NCBI GenBank assembly: GCA_005239725.1
Contig: SBBM01000038.1
Span: forward strand, 1 to 59,360
From: Planctomycetales bacterium
Lineage (GTDB): Bacteria > Omnitrophota > Gorgyraeia > Gygaellales > Profunditerraquicolaceae
Length of the DNA: 59,360 nt
Direction of reading: 5' to 3'
The position numbers were made by a program, and so were the translations under genes. How positions within the stretch are numbered: the first letter of the stretch is position 1; each line of letters opens with the position of its first letter. A model generated the notes under the pieces. That model was given only the letters and a program-made list of their open reading frames with translations. It had not been told where the DNA came from and did no database searches. Below are positions 20,531 to 30,026 of the stretch, piece after piece.

Positions 20531-21723
20531 AAATAACTCTTCCTGGAGATATACTTTAAACTTTTGCCTCTGACTACCCCTACCAAAAAAGAAAGCGGCT
20601 TATAGCGCGACATGGCGTTATTTATCCCGATATCTATCAGCGGACAAGTCTTACAAAGCGGTATCCCATCCCTGCCCTCCTTTAGATGCTGGCGGAATTT
20701 CTGGTAACCCTGGCTGTTCCATACTTTTTTAAACGACTCCTTTGATAAGTCTCCGAAAACAACCTGCCCGTCAAAATAAATACAACATGGATAAACTTTG
20801 CCATCCCAGGTGACCGAAGCCGTATAATAGGGGAAAAAACACGGACGGTCGCCTGCTATCGAATCTCTTATATCGGTAAATATGGTATTCAAATTCTTGC
20901 ATACCGAATTAAGTTTAAGCGCATTAGCATAATCAAAGGCCTCTTTCAAATATCTCTCATCTTCTCTGTTCAGGGAATTAGCCATTCTGCCTGCTTCGCC
21001 ATATGTATACATTTTTGTGAATGTAGGAGGGATACCGAATTCTCTAAGGCAAAACTTAAGCATATCCGTCGCTTCATGTATATTATCCTTATTCAAGGTC
21101 ATATTAAGGCCTACGATCGGGTAAATTGAATTCCTGCTTTTCTTTAATCCAATCAATGTTTTAATATTTCCAACCACTTTCTCAAAGTCTGTGCCGAAGC
21201 GCATTTTCTCCATAAGAATCTTCGTGCAGCTATCAAAGGAAACAAGTAGATGTGAAAGTTGGGCATCGATTAAACTTCGGCTAAGTTCCGCGGTTAAAAG
21301 CGTAGCATTGGTGGTTATGCGCACAACCATTTTCTTATTTCGCGCGTACCCCACCATATCTGCGATCCCTGGATGCAAAAGAGGTTCTCCGAATTGCGCC
21401 AAAGTAAGAAATACGGGATTTACCTCATCAATTATCTTCCGGTATAAAGCAAAATCCATATTCCCTCTATCCCTGGTTAATAAATCTGTCCTGGGGCAGA
21501 TCGCGCACCTTAAATTACATTTTGCACTCGACTCTATGCACAGGGCAATCGGATAAAACGACTTCTTTTCGGAGCGGATAATAGATATGCCATTGGATAC
21601 ACACTTCAATAAAAATTTAAAGCTAAAAGGTATCTCCTGGAGGACAGCCTGATATGCAACACTATCCCTGGATAACTTCTTCAAGATATAGTCCGCAACA
21701 GGATTCGTAATTTTATTCTTCAC
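20527..21723 (-). CDS. Radical SAM protein with SPASM/twitch domain
   Basis: CNLRCAIC and GEPLLHP motifs; C-terminal CFFPY...DGKVYPCC...CKTC. Confidence 0.9.
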   Translation of the reverse strand: MKNKITNPVADYILKKLSRDSVAYQAVLQEIPFSFKFLLKCVSNGISIIRSEKKSFYPIALCIESSAKCNLRCAICPRTDLLTRDRGNMDFALYRKIIDEVNPVFLTLAQFGEPLLHPGIADMVGYARNKKMVVRITTNATLLTAELSRSLIDAQLSHLLVSFDSCTKILMEKMRFGTDFEKVVGNIKTLIGLKKSRNSIYPIVGLNMTLNKDNIHEATDMLKFCLREFGIPPTFTKMYTYGEAGRMANSLNREDERYLKEAFDYANALKLNSVCKNLNTIFTDIRDSIAGDRPCFFPYYTASVTWDGKVYPCCIYFDGQVVFGDLSKESFKKVWNSQGYQKFRQHLKEGRDGIPLCKTCPLIDIGINNAMSRYKPLSFLVGVVRGKSLKYISRKSYL

Positions 21724-22456
21724 TTATTTTATTTACTTTCCTGCCAATATAAGAAAATGAATAAGCAATATTGTGGGCATTCCGGCTATTTGCTAAAAGT
21801 AAGTCCATATATTTTAAAGGAAAAAATATAATGATAAAAAGTTGGGATAAAACAGAATAAACCGCCTTACTGTTAAAAGAAAACAAAATTGCCAGATACT
21901 CTTTTAGCATACAAACGAGTGCAGAAGTCGGGCCTCCTGAAGGCAGACACTCTACCATGGCAAATCCCGAACTATCCCATAATTTAACAAATCCTTCCAT
22001 CGTAAAGCGATAATAATCTTTAGGATTGCCGTGATAACTCTGCATAAAAGGCACGGTAGAATAAACTACCCCTCCGTCTTTTAATACACGGTAAATTTCC
22101 GATATCATCTTCTGACTGTCTTCGACATGTTCGATAACGTACTCAAGAATGACTAAATCGAAAGACCCGTCCAGAAACGGCATGTTCCTGGCGTCGGCAA
22201 CAATATCTACGTTCGCAAAGGGTTCGATATCCAAATTAACACATTTATTCCCAAATCTTTTTGTCCCTGAACCAAGATTCAAAATCCCGGCATTTTCAGG
22301 CAAGCTTTTCAAGAGCCGTTTGCGGGCCCCATTAGAAATAAAAGCGGGATTAAAAATAAATTCAAAGACCGAGGCGAGCTTCGGGCTACGCCGAATAAAA
22401 TTCTTCCATCGCACCCTTAGATCGCCGGGATTTAGCTGATCATCCGTATTTTTCAT
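21713..22456 (-). CDS. Class I SAM-dependent methyltransferase
   Basis: ILNLGSG, YVIEHV and HGNPKDYYRFT motifs. Confidence 0.87.
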   Translation of the reverse strand: MKNTDDQLNPGDLRVRWKNFIRRSPKLASVFEFIFNPAFISNGARKRLLKSLPENAGILNLGSGTKRFGNKCVNLDIEPFANVDIVADARNMPFLDGSFDLVILEYVIEHVEDSQKMISEIYRVLKDGGVVYSTVPFMQSYHGNPKDYYRFTMEGFVKLWDSSGFAMVECLPSGGPTSALVCMLKEYLAILFSFNSKAVYSVLSQLFIIIFFPLKYMDLLLANSRNAHNIAYSFSYIGRKVNKISEE

Positions 22457-23877
22457 TAGTCAATTATCCTGTATTCGCTAATTCTCTTTTTAAGTTCCTC
22501 CCAAATGCCCTTCATGGGCATGCCTGCCAAAAGGCTATCAGTAATAAATCTACCCATATCCAAACAGTGATCGGCATTGTTATAATTGTAGAATCCTATC
22601 CGCCCCGAAAGAAGCAGGTTATCGACTGTCTGTAATTCATCATAAATCATCCCCAGGTCCGTTTTATAACCTACGCCATATCTGGGGTAAAACCTTGGGA
22701 AACGCCTCACCAGCGAATCTTGCACCCATTCGGGTTTAATCAATCCTATTTTTACTAAATCTACGGCACACTTATCCGCGAGCATCTTATCAGACTGTGT
22801 ATACAAAATCCCGGACTCGTAATCCGTAAAATCGCAGCATAAAACAGTTTTGCCATTAGGAACCATATCCCTATCCATATTCTTCTGCTCAAAAATACGG
22901 CTGAAAACAATATCTTTGCCGGGAAAGAATATCCAATGGTCGTCGATAACCTTCTCTTTATCCAAAAATAAATAAACCAAAATAACCGAACGATATTCTA
23001 ATTTATTGACCAGGTCCCCGGCATTTTCAATATTCTTCCCGGAGCCTTCAGGAAAAATACTCAATAACTGGTCAAGATGGATTGCCGAAATAACAATATC
23101 CGCTTCTACCGTCTTCTTGTTTCCGTTTACATTTAACAGGACCTTGCGAATACTGCCATTTTGCAGTTGAAATGATTCGGCCTTCGTTTCAGTTATGACC
23201 GAACCGCCATTCTTTACTATTTCCCGCGCCATTTTATCGGCAAGCGCACCAAAACCGCCTTTGGGATAATAAAAAAACCGGGCATCCGTGGTTGCCTTTT
23301 CTTTTTTTAGGCCCAGCGCCCTCGCTAAAACATCCAGTATATTAGCGCTGGGAATCCGCGTTTTGGCTATATCGGCAGAAAGTGTTTCAGGGCTACCCCA
23401 AACCTTATCCGCCAAAGGCTTAAAAACAAGTTCATAAAGATTATACCCGAATTTACTTACCACAAAATCTTCATAGCTTTCGATTTTTCTTTTTCGGCCT
23501 GTTCTGGCGACCATGCCCTTAAGTGTACTAATCCCGCATTGAAAAAGGTTTTTATGACCCATTTTTAATACCAGATCAGCCATACTTATCGGATAATTAA
23601 GATATTGCCCGAAAAGATAAATACCATTTTTCTTTTTGTGCTGTATAGCCTCTTCACCCAGTAACATCTTAAATTCAGCGAGTATGCCGGGAATAACCGA
23701 ATAAACTTTATGTGCGCCATAATCCAAAAGAAAATCTTTGTGCCGGAATGTCCCGCAAACACCTCCCACCGCAGATTCTTTCTCAACAACCGTAACATCA
23801 AACTTACCTGTTCGAGACAACATAAACCCGGCAGAAAGCCCACCCAAACCACCGCCCAATATCACTACCCTCTTCAC
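22456..23877 (-). CDS. FAD-dependent oxidoreductase (UDP-galactopyranose mutase/protoporphyrinogen oxidase-like fold)
   Basis: GGGLGGLSAG, EKESAVGG, DYGAH and GRIGFYNYNNADH motifs. Confidence 0.82.
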   Translation of the reverse strand: MKRVVILGGGLGGLSAGFMLSRTGKFDVTVVEKESAVGGVCGTFRHKDFLLDYGAHKVYSVIPGILAEFKMLLGEEAIQHKKKNGIYLFGQYLNYPISMADLVLKMGHKNLFQCGISTLKGMVARTGRKRKIESYEDFVVSKFGYNLYELVFKPLADKVWGSPETLSADIAKTRIPSANILDVLARALGLKKEKATTDARFFYYPKGGFGALADKMAREIVKNGGSVITETKAESFQLQNGSIRKVLLNVNGNKKTVEADIVISAIHLDQLLSIFPEGSGKNIENAGDLVNKLEYRSVILVYLFLDKEKVIDDHWIFFPGKDIVFSRIFEQKNMDRDMVPNGKTVLCCDFTDYESGILYTQSDKMLADKCAVDLVKIGLIKPEWVQDSLVRRFPRFYPRYGVGYKTDLGMIYDELQTVDNLLLSGRIGFYNYNNADHCLDMGRFITDSLLAGMPMKGIWEELKKRISEYRIID

Positions 23878-23881
23878 TAAC

Positions 23882-25315
23882 TCACCTTTCTTTTATCTTC
23901 GGCCTGAATAATATTAAAAATAATCTTCTAAATACATATTTAATATCTTTTAATTTAAGCAGGCCTATGATTTTATAAATCCGCTGAGGGTTTAAATAAT
24001 AAAAGAAAATTACCCTCACTTGAATTTTCTTCAATTCCTTCAGGGTCATGCCGTTAGGCGAATAAGTTATTTCTCCGCTCGAAAAAGAGGGCAAAAAATC
24101 ATCTCTAATCTCGGCTTTTTGAACTAATTCGTCGTAGAGCGAAGTCCCTGGCAATGGTGTAAAATTCCCGAAAGAGGCAAAATCAAGACCTATTTTATCT
24201 GGGAACCTGCCGGTATTGTAATTATCCTTTACTGACTCATTAGGAAAACCTAAAATAAAAAACCCCACTGTCTGAAATCCCGCTCTTTTAGCCAAGGCTA
24301 CTTTTTCCTTGATCAGCTCGATGGTTATGCCTTTAGAAATATATTTTAAGGTATCTGCAGAAGCAGTTTCTATTCCGAAACCAAGAGAATAAAATCCAAC
24401 CTTTTTCATAACCGAAAGCATTTCTTCATCCACAGTATCAAGGCGTATCCCGTTGGGCATAGCTATCGATATATCCAGGCTCTCATTCGCTATCCCCTGG
24501 CAAATATCGCGTACATGCTTCTTGCTGAACGTAAAGTTATCATCCATAATATGTATTTCTCTGGCCCCGTAATTAACAACCAAATCTTTAATTTCCGCAA
24601 CAACATGCGCGGGGCTCCGGCTGCGTATCTTTTTTCCGGTATTTAAACCCGAGGCGCAAAAGCGGCAAAGAAACGGGCAGCCCCTTGTTGTTATAATTGT
24701 ACCGACGGGTGAGCGCCGGTGAAAAAGCCCCATAGGGCTGCCGCCCCTAAGATAACCATCTACGTTTATAATATTTTTATAATCAATGAAATCATACTCA
24801 TCAATATCGGGATTAAATTTATTCGCGTTAACACAGGTTATGCCGTTATCTCTATAAATCAAGCCCGCGATACGATTGATATCTTCCTTTAGCCGGCCGC
24901 TCTGCAAAGACTCTACTAAGGCCGTTAAACCCAATTCCCCATCGCTAATTATGCCAAAATCGGCAGATGGTAAATCCCGGAATATTTTCTCGCGTATGGC
25001 ATTTACATGAGGCCCTCCCACTACCAAACAAACAGACTTTCCTAATTCGGATTTTATGCGGTTTAAAACTTCGCGTGTAACCAGGACAGCATGCGAAAAT
25101 ACAGTTATCCCTAAAACATCGGGTTTCTCTTCTTTAATCCGCCTGACAAACTTATCCACGCTATGATAACCCAAAACATCACTATCAATAACAACAACTT
25201 CGGCATCAGGAATATGTTTTTTTATATAGCTGCCTATATAACCCAAGCCTATTGGGAGTGTCAAAATCATAACGCTTTCCTGCGGCATAGGTGGTTTGGC
25301 TAAGACAACCTTCAT
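23882..25315 (-). CDS. Cobalamin-binding radical SAM protein
   Basis: PIGLGYIG, GGPHVN, TRGCPFLCRFC and DDNF motifs. Confidence 0.92.
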   Translation of the reverse strand: MKVVLAKPPMPQESVMILTLPIGLGYIGSYIKKHIPDAEVVVIDSDVLGYHSVDKFVRRIKEEKPDVLGITVFSHAVLVTREVLNRIKSELGKSVCLVVGGPHVNAIREKIFRDLPSADFGIISDGELGLTALVESLQSGRLKEDINRIAGLIYRDNGITCVNANKFNPDIDEYDFIDYKNIINVDGYLRGGSPMGLFHRRSPVGTIITTRGCPFLCRFCASGLNTGKKIRSRSPAHVVAEIKDLVVNYGAREIHIMDDNFTFSKKHVRDICQGIANESLDISIAMPNGIRLDTVDEEMLSVMKKVGFYSLGFGIETASADTLKYISKGITIELIKEKVALAKRAGFQTVGFFILGFPNESVKDNYNTGRFPDKIGLDFASFGNFTPLPGTSLYDELVQKAEIRDDFLPSFSSGEITYSPNGMTLKELKKIQVRVIFFYYLNPQRIYKIIGLLKLKDIKYVFRRLFLILFRPKIKER

Positions 25316-26229
25316 GTTTCTCTCTTTTTCGCGATAACCAATGTCTGGCCGACCCAGTAGGGAATATTCAAATCCCCCACGCTAAGCATGCGGCTGATAT
25401 TTTCTCCGATAGCGCCGATAGCCCCGACATAAGCTTTTGAACGGCTAAAAATATAACTTAGCGCTAACTGTTGATAATGAGGTTTAATCTTTAAAACTGA
25501 AAAACCGGAATCTCGCAGCATTTTAACCATGGTTTGGCGGGTAAAATAATATAAATGCACCGACAAAAGAAAAACCCACCTTCGTCCCATCATTCGCGCA
25601 ATCCAGCTTCCTATGTCCGGATAATTAACAACCAATAAACCGTTCTTTTTCAAAACCCTGCGGCATTCGCATAAAACGCTTTTCGGATCTGGCGTATGCT
25701 CAAGAACATCCCAAAGAGTCGCCACATCAAAGAAATCCTGCGGATATTTTTGCTCAAAAATCGTCCCCGGCTTAATGTCGACAGCGTAATGTTTCTTTCC
25801 CCACTCGCAAAGCCAACGGTTAGGTTCACAGCCATGAATATCCCATCCTCTTTGCTTGGCCACGTGCAAAAAGGAACCACCGGCCGTCCCAATATCCAGG
25901 ATTTTACCCGGATGGGGATAGAACCTCATAATCCCATCCAAACACTTACCGAAAGTAACTTCCCGCCCCTTTACCTGCGAAACAAAAGTCTCATCACTCC
26001 CGTTTCTATACGCATCCAGAATAATATTATGTTTTAAGCGGGGATTAATATAGAGAAAACCACAATTTTTGCAAGCAACCAATTGATCAATTAATAGTTC
26101 ATCACCAGATGACCTGAACTTTGCGGCATAATCTTTATCCTTCTCCAAGTCATACCTTGGTTCAAAGATTACTTTATATTCGGAATTCCCGCAAAGATTG
26201 CAATTAACTTTTTCGAAGTTATCGCTCAT
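25312..26229 (-). CDS. Class I methyltransferase with N-terminal Zn ribbon
   Basis: CNLCG...CKNCG; ILDIGTAGG, WDVLEH and HLYYF motifs. Confidence 0.88.
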   Translation of the reverse strand: MSDNFEKVNCNLCGNSEYKVIFEPRYDLEKDKDYAAKFRSSGDELLIDQLVACKNCGFLYINPRLKHNIILDAYRNGSDETFVSQVKGREVTFGKCLDGIMRFYPHPGKILDIGTAGGSFLHVAKQRGWDIHGCEPNRWLCEWGKKHYAVDIKPGTIFEQKYPQDFFDVATLWDVLEHTPDPKSVLCECRRVLKKNGLLVVNYPDIGSWIARMMGRRWVFLLSVHLYYFTRQTMVKMLRDSGFSVLKIKPHYQQLALSYIFSRSKAYVGAIGAIGENISRMLSVGDLNIPYWVGQTLVIAKKRET

Positions 26230-27164
26230 TATATTTCTTTTTCTTTTGAGACAGCAAAATAGTTGTTCTTTTTGATAAGCGCGCTAAGTTCTGCAAATCT
26301 GGTATTAACCGCGCTTAAAATTAATCCTGTGGCCAGAAACAAAAAGGCGGCAACTCCCAAGATAATCCCGCTGATAAGAAAAACATTCAGCAACCTTGTT
26401 AAAGTATACGCATAAATTATTAATAAAAAAGAACAGGCGCCCAATACAATAAAGATAAAAGTAAAGAAATGGTGCGGCTTATGATCCCGTAAAAGCATCG
26501 CCATGGTTACCATAATACGGTAGCCATCAGAAAAAGAACTTAATTTCGAAAAACTCCCTTGAGGACGGCACCTATACATAATGGGCACTTCTTTAACAAT
26601 ATATCCATGCTCCAGGGTCTGCAAAGCAAGTTCTGTTTCAATCTCAAAACCCATGGTAATCAAGGGTATATTTTTAGCAACATCTTTAGTAAAAACGCGG
26701 TACCCAGAAAGCACATCTTTATATTTCGTCCGGAAAATTAAATTAAGCACGCTGGTGATAAACCAATTGCCAAATTGATGTAGCGGACGGATTGAATTAT
26801 GATTATTCTCTCCCAGGCGATTGCCTACCACCATGTCAGCCTGGTCTTTCAAAAGAGGCTCGATTAACTTATGCACTTCCTCCGCAGGATAAGTGTCATC
26901 GCCATCAACCATAACATAAATATCCGCGTCCAGCTTTTCAAAAATAGACCTCACTACCCATCCTTTACCCTGTTTCTTTTCATGAATGATTTTTGCGCCC
27001 TCGGCAACAGCAATTTCTTGCGTCCTGTCAGTGGAATTATTATCAAAAACTACGATCTCTGCCTGCGGCAGTTCTCTTTGAAAACCATTAATTACCCTCT
27101 TTATGCTCATTTCCTCATTGTAGCAAGGGATAGCCACTACAATTTTCTTATCCTTATAGCTCAT
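26229..27164 (-). CDS. DPM1/GtrB-like polyprenyl-phosphate glycosyltransferase (GT2) with two C-terminal TM helices
   Basis: IPCYNEE, DNNSTD, QGKG, VDGDDTY, SGYR and FEIETE motifs. Confidence 0.88.
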   Translation of the reverse strand: MSYKDKKIVVAIPCYNEEMSIKRVINGFQRELPQAEIVVFDNNSTDRTQEIAVAEGAKIIHEKKQGKGWVVRSIFEKLDADIYVMVDGDDTYPAEEVHKLIEPLLKDQADMVVGNRLGENNHNSIRPLHQFGNWFITSVLNLIFRTKYKDVLSGYRVFTKDVAKNIPLITMGFEIETELALQTLEHGYIVKEVPIMYRCRPQGSFSKLSSFSDGYRIMVTMAMLLRDHKPHHFFTFIFIVLGACSFLLIIYAYTLTRLLNVFLISGIILGVAAFLFLATGLILSAVNTRFAELSALIKKNNYFAVSKEKEI

Positions 27165-28651
27165 CCTGCCCCCTTCTGAAGTAAAAGACTCATTTGAAAC
27201 GTCCGGTAAAGAACCATCTCCATTTTTGTCTTAAACGACTTTATAAGAAAACGCAAAACCTGAGTAATAATCTTCGGAAAATGAAACAAAATCTTGTTAA
27301 AAAGAAAAACAGCATACAACCCCATCCTCTGGGAATTCAAAAATGAATAATCCCTCCTCCAGACTGGAGAGAAATTTAACTGCGAAAAATTATAGTATCC
27401 TTTAAACTCTTTAAACAATTCTGAACCCGGAACCGGAGTAATTATAAAGACCGCGATTTCATCCGCCCCTGCACCCGCCATCTCCTTTGCTATTTTCCGG
27501 GTAGCCCTTATCTCATCTTTGCCTTCTCCCGGAAAACCCAGCACAAAGCAAACCTGCGAAAAAATCTTCAGACTGTTCATTTTCTTAACCATATTTACCG
27601 CGTGATTAAGGTTAAAAGGCTTATCCATTAATTCTAAAACTTTTTCCGAGCCGCTTTCCGGAGATATCGAAATATAGTTGCATCCGGATTTCGCCATTAA
27701 CTCAAGCGTTTCTTCATTCTTGATTGTCTCCACTTTTGTCCCTGAAACAAGCTTCCAAATTACCTTAAGCCCCCGCCTTAGGATTTCCCGGCAGATCTCG
27801 CGGGTGCGTTCATCTAAAATAGTGGGATTAACATCCTCAACGTGAAACTCGCTTACACCGTAATACCTCTGCATATATTCCATTTCATCAACAATATTCT
27901 TGGCTGTCCTTGCAAGCCATTTATGGGCAGAAAAAAATGGCATAAGACAAAAGCGGCAGCCGTATACGCAACCCCGGGAGGTTAAGATCGGCAGGTATTT
28001 TTTTGTCTCAAAAGGGCCATGTCCATATTTCAAGTTCCAGTAGTTATCCAAAGGAAAATATTCCCAAGCCGGGAACCCGAGCGCGTCAAGATTGTCAATT
28101 CGCTTTTCGGGATACCGGTAGTAGATAATACCGCCTCTTTTGTACCCTAAACCATCGATATCCTCAAGGGTGCCTTTGCCTTCGATTGCCCTGATTAAAT
28201 CCAATCCCCTTATTTCCGGTTCGCCGGTTAAAATAAAATCTGCGCCATTATTATACAAATCTTCCTGCACCTCTTTTAATGAATAAGATGTAACTGCCTG
28301 GGTGTTCTCCATAATCACGGCCTGTGCCTGGGGGAAACGCGCCTTTACCGCTTTTAAAATATTCGTCAAAGCTAAATAATATGTAACATTACTGGCATAA
28401 ATAAAGATTATCCCGGCATTCACAGGAATGCGGTCAACAACTTCCTGCGTATTTAATCCCTGTATTAAAAAGTTTTCTACAACTGCGGCTTTTTTAGGAT
28501 TATCTCCGAAAGCATCTATAACCTTAAAGTCATACTCTGCTTTCTTTAAAGCTGCGGCAAAATAAGCCAGGCCGATAGGCATATAGACCACGCCTGTTGT
28601 AAATAAATCACTGCGCTGGGCTATAAGATTAGGATTAATCAGAACAATCAT
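27161..28651 (-). CDS. Cobalamin-binding radical SAM protein
   Basis: MIVLINPN, PIGLAYFAA, GEPE and SRGCVYGCRFC motifs. Start moved to the ATGA overlap at 28651. Confidence 0.9.
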   Translation of the reverse strand: MIVLINPNLIAQRSDLFTTGVVYMPIGLAYFAAALKKAEYDFKVIDAFGDNPKKAAVVENFLIQGLNTQEVVDRIPVNAGIIFIYASNVTYYLALTNILKAVKARFPQAQAVIMENTQAVTSYSLKEVQEDLYNNGADFILTGEPEIRGLDLIRAIEGKGTLEDIDGLGYKRGGIIYYRYPEKRIDNLDALGFPAWEYFPLDNYWNLKYGHGPFETKKYLPILTSRGCVYGCRFCLMPFFSAHKWLARTAKNIVDEMEYMQRYYGVSEFHVEDVNPTILDERTREICREILRRGLKVIWKLVSGTKVETIKNEETLELMAKSGCNYISISPESGSEKVLELMDKPFNLNHAVNMVKKMNSLKIFSQVCFVLGFPGEGKDEIRATRKIAKEMAGAGADEIAVFIITPVPGSELFKEFKGYYNFSQLNFSPVWRRDYSFLNSQRMGLYAVFLFNKILFHFPKIITQVLRFLIKSFKTKMEMVLYRTFQMSLLLQKGAG

Positions 28652-29361
28652 CTGGCGGCAATTTTCTCCATTATCCGCGCATACTTCGATAAATCCGAAA
28701 GTTCCTGCGGAGTCATGCTGCATACATGGTCAGGGCCGACAAGCCCCTTATTAAGCGTGAAGTGTTTTTCTATAATATTTGCGCCCCTTGCTACGGCAAT
28801 TAAGGACATCTCTATTCCGATTGTATGGTCACTAAAACCTTGGTAGGGTAATCCAGCAAAAGAGGCCGGCAATTCAATATCAGAATATTCACACGGATAC
28901 TTAGGCACACAGTACAAATACCTGGCATTTTTATCCTTATAAGGGACACCCTTGCCTTTCCAGAATCCCAGCGAAATAAAAGTCTCTTTACCAGTCTTTA
29001 GTATCTCCCGGCAAAGCTCTTTATCCTGAACAGAACGGCTGGCTATTTTATGCCGTCTGACCCCTAAAGATTCAATCCATCCAAATCTCTCTAAATCAAA
29101 AACCGAAGCCATAAATTCAATCCCTTCTTCGTCAGACCATCTCTTTAAAACTTTTGCCTGCGCAAAATTGAACTGGACGCTTAAGGCGAACTCATAATTC
29201 TTCTTGTCCGGATAAGTACCTTTTGGCCCGAAAATTTTATCCGGGTCATAAAATTGGAATTTGGCGATATCTGCCCCGCAAAGTTTAGCCTGCCTTATAA
29301 GCTCATGCGCCAGGTTAATATTCCCATTGTGATTAATGCCGATTTCCGCAATTATAATCAT
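28648..29361 (-). CDS. Short NeuB-family ulosonic acid synthase lacking the C-terminal SAF/antifreeze-like domain
   Basis: IAEIGINHNG, AKFQ, GFSDHT and IIEKHFTL motifs; the protein ends at 237 aa. Confidence 0.88.
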   Translation of the reverse strand: MIIIAEIGINHNGNINLAHELIRQAKLCGADIAKFQFYDPDKIFGPKGTYPDKKNYEFALSVQFNFAQAKVLKRWSDEEGIEFMASVFDLERFGWIESLGVRRHKIASRSVQDKELCREILKTGKETFISLGFWKGKGVPYKDKNARYLYCVPKYPCEYSDIELPASFAGLPYQGFSDHTIGIEMSLIAVARGANIIEKHFTLNKGLVGPDHVCSMTPQELSDLSKYARIMEKIAAR

Positions 29362-30026
29362 ATTAAACCTTCCTTCCTCCTGGCTTTATAAATATCTTCA
29401 GCGATTTTAAAATCCTCTTCCGTGTCGATATCGATTAATTCCACCCTATCATTTATTTCAATGAATTCAACCTCTTTCCAATCCCAATACCTGCCGTTTT
29501 TAAAAAAATAGTCCTTATTGAAAAAGTAAAGCGCATGGGCAAATTCATATACAGGCTCAATGGCCTTTGTATTGATTGTCTTCATGGATAAATCAAAATT
29601 TAAGGGCTTGCGATCGGCATTTATAAAAAAGTTTCTCCGCATTACTACCGAAAATGCCGGGTGATATCCGCCATCTCTGCATGCAGAAAGAAAGTTTTTG
29701 ATTGTTTCCACCTTCAAAAATGGCAAGCAGCCATTAACAATAAGCAAATATTCAAAATCTACTGCCTTTAGAAAAGAAAGTATATCTGTTATAGGGCCGT
29801 CTATAGTTATGGATTTCTTATCCCGCTTAATAAACCTTACTCCGGCCTCCCTGCTTTTCTCCTCAAATTCAGGTTCAAATCCGGCAAAAAATGCCTCATC
29901 CTTAAAATATGCCAATTTTTTTAAAACGATGTTCGTCAACGTAGTATCGCCGAAAGGCCTCAGCATCTTATTCGGGCACCTCTGACTCTGTTTCCTGGCA
30001 AAAGAAAATACACCTATTTTATTCAT
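29358..30026 (-). CDS. Divergent CMP-ulosonate synthetase (NeuA-like cytidylyltransferase)
   Basis: ARKQSQRCPNK, CLPFL and IDIDTEEDF motifs. Confidence 0.8.
   Translation of the reverse strand: MNKIGVFSFARKQSQRCPNKMLRPFGDTTLTNIVLKKLAYFKDEAFFAGFEPEFEEKSREAGVRFIKRDKKSITIDGPITDILSFLKAVDFEYLLIVNGCLPFLKVETIKNFLSACRDGGYHPAFSVVMRRNFFINADRKPLNFDLSMKTINTKAIEPVYEFAHALYFFNKDYFFKNGRYWDWKEVEFIEINDRVELIDIDTEEDFKIAEDIYKARRKEGLI

Noticed and set aside
22456-23877. Calling the flavoprotein hemY or glf
   Set aside because: The motifs support only the fold family; the substrate cannot be assigned by eye.
11756-28651. Radical SAM cluster as a RiPP or antibiotic biosynthetic cluster
   Set aside because: I saw no precursor peptide, PqqD/RRE domain, peptidase or NRPS/PKS gene, and all neighbours are glycan genes. 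A secreted glycoside cannot be fully excluded.
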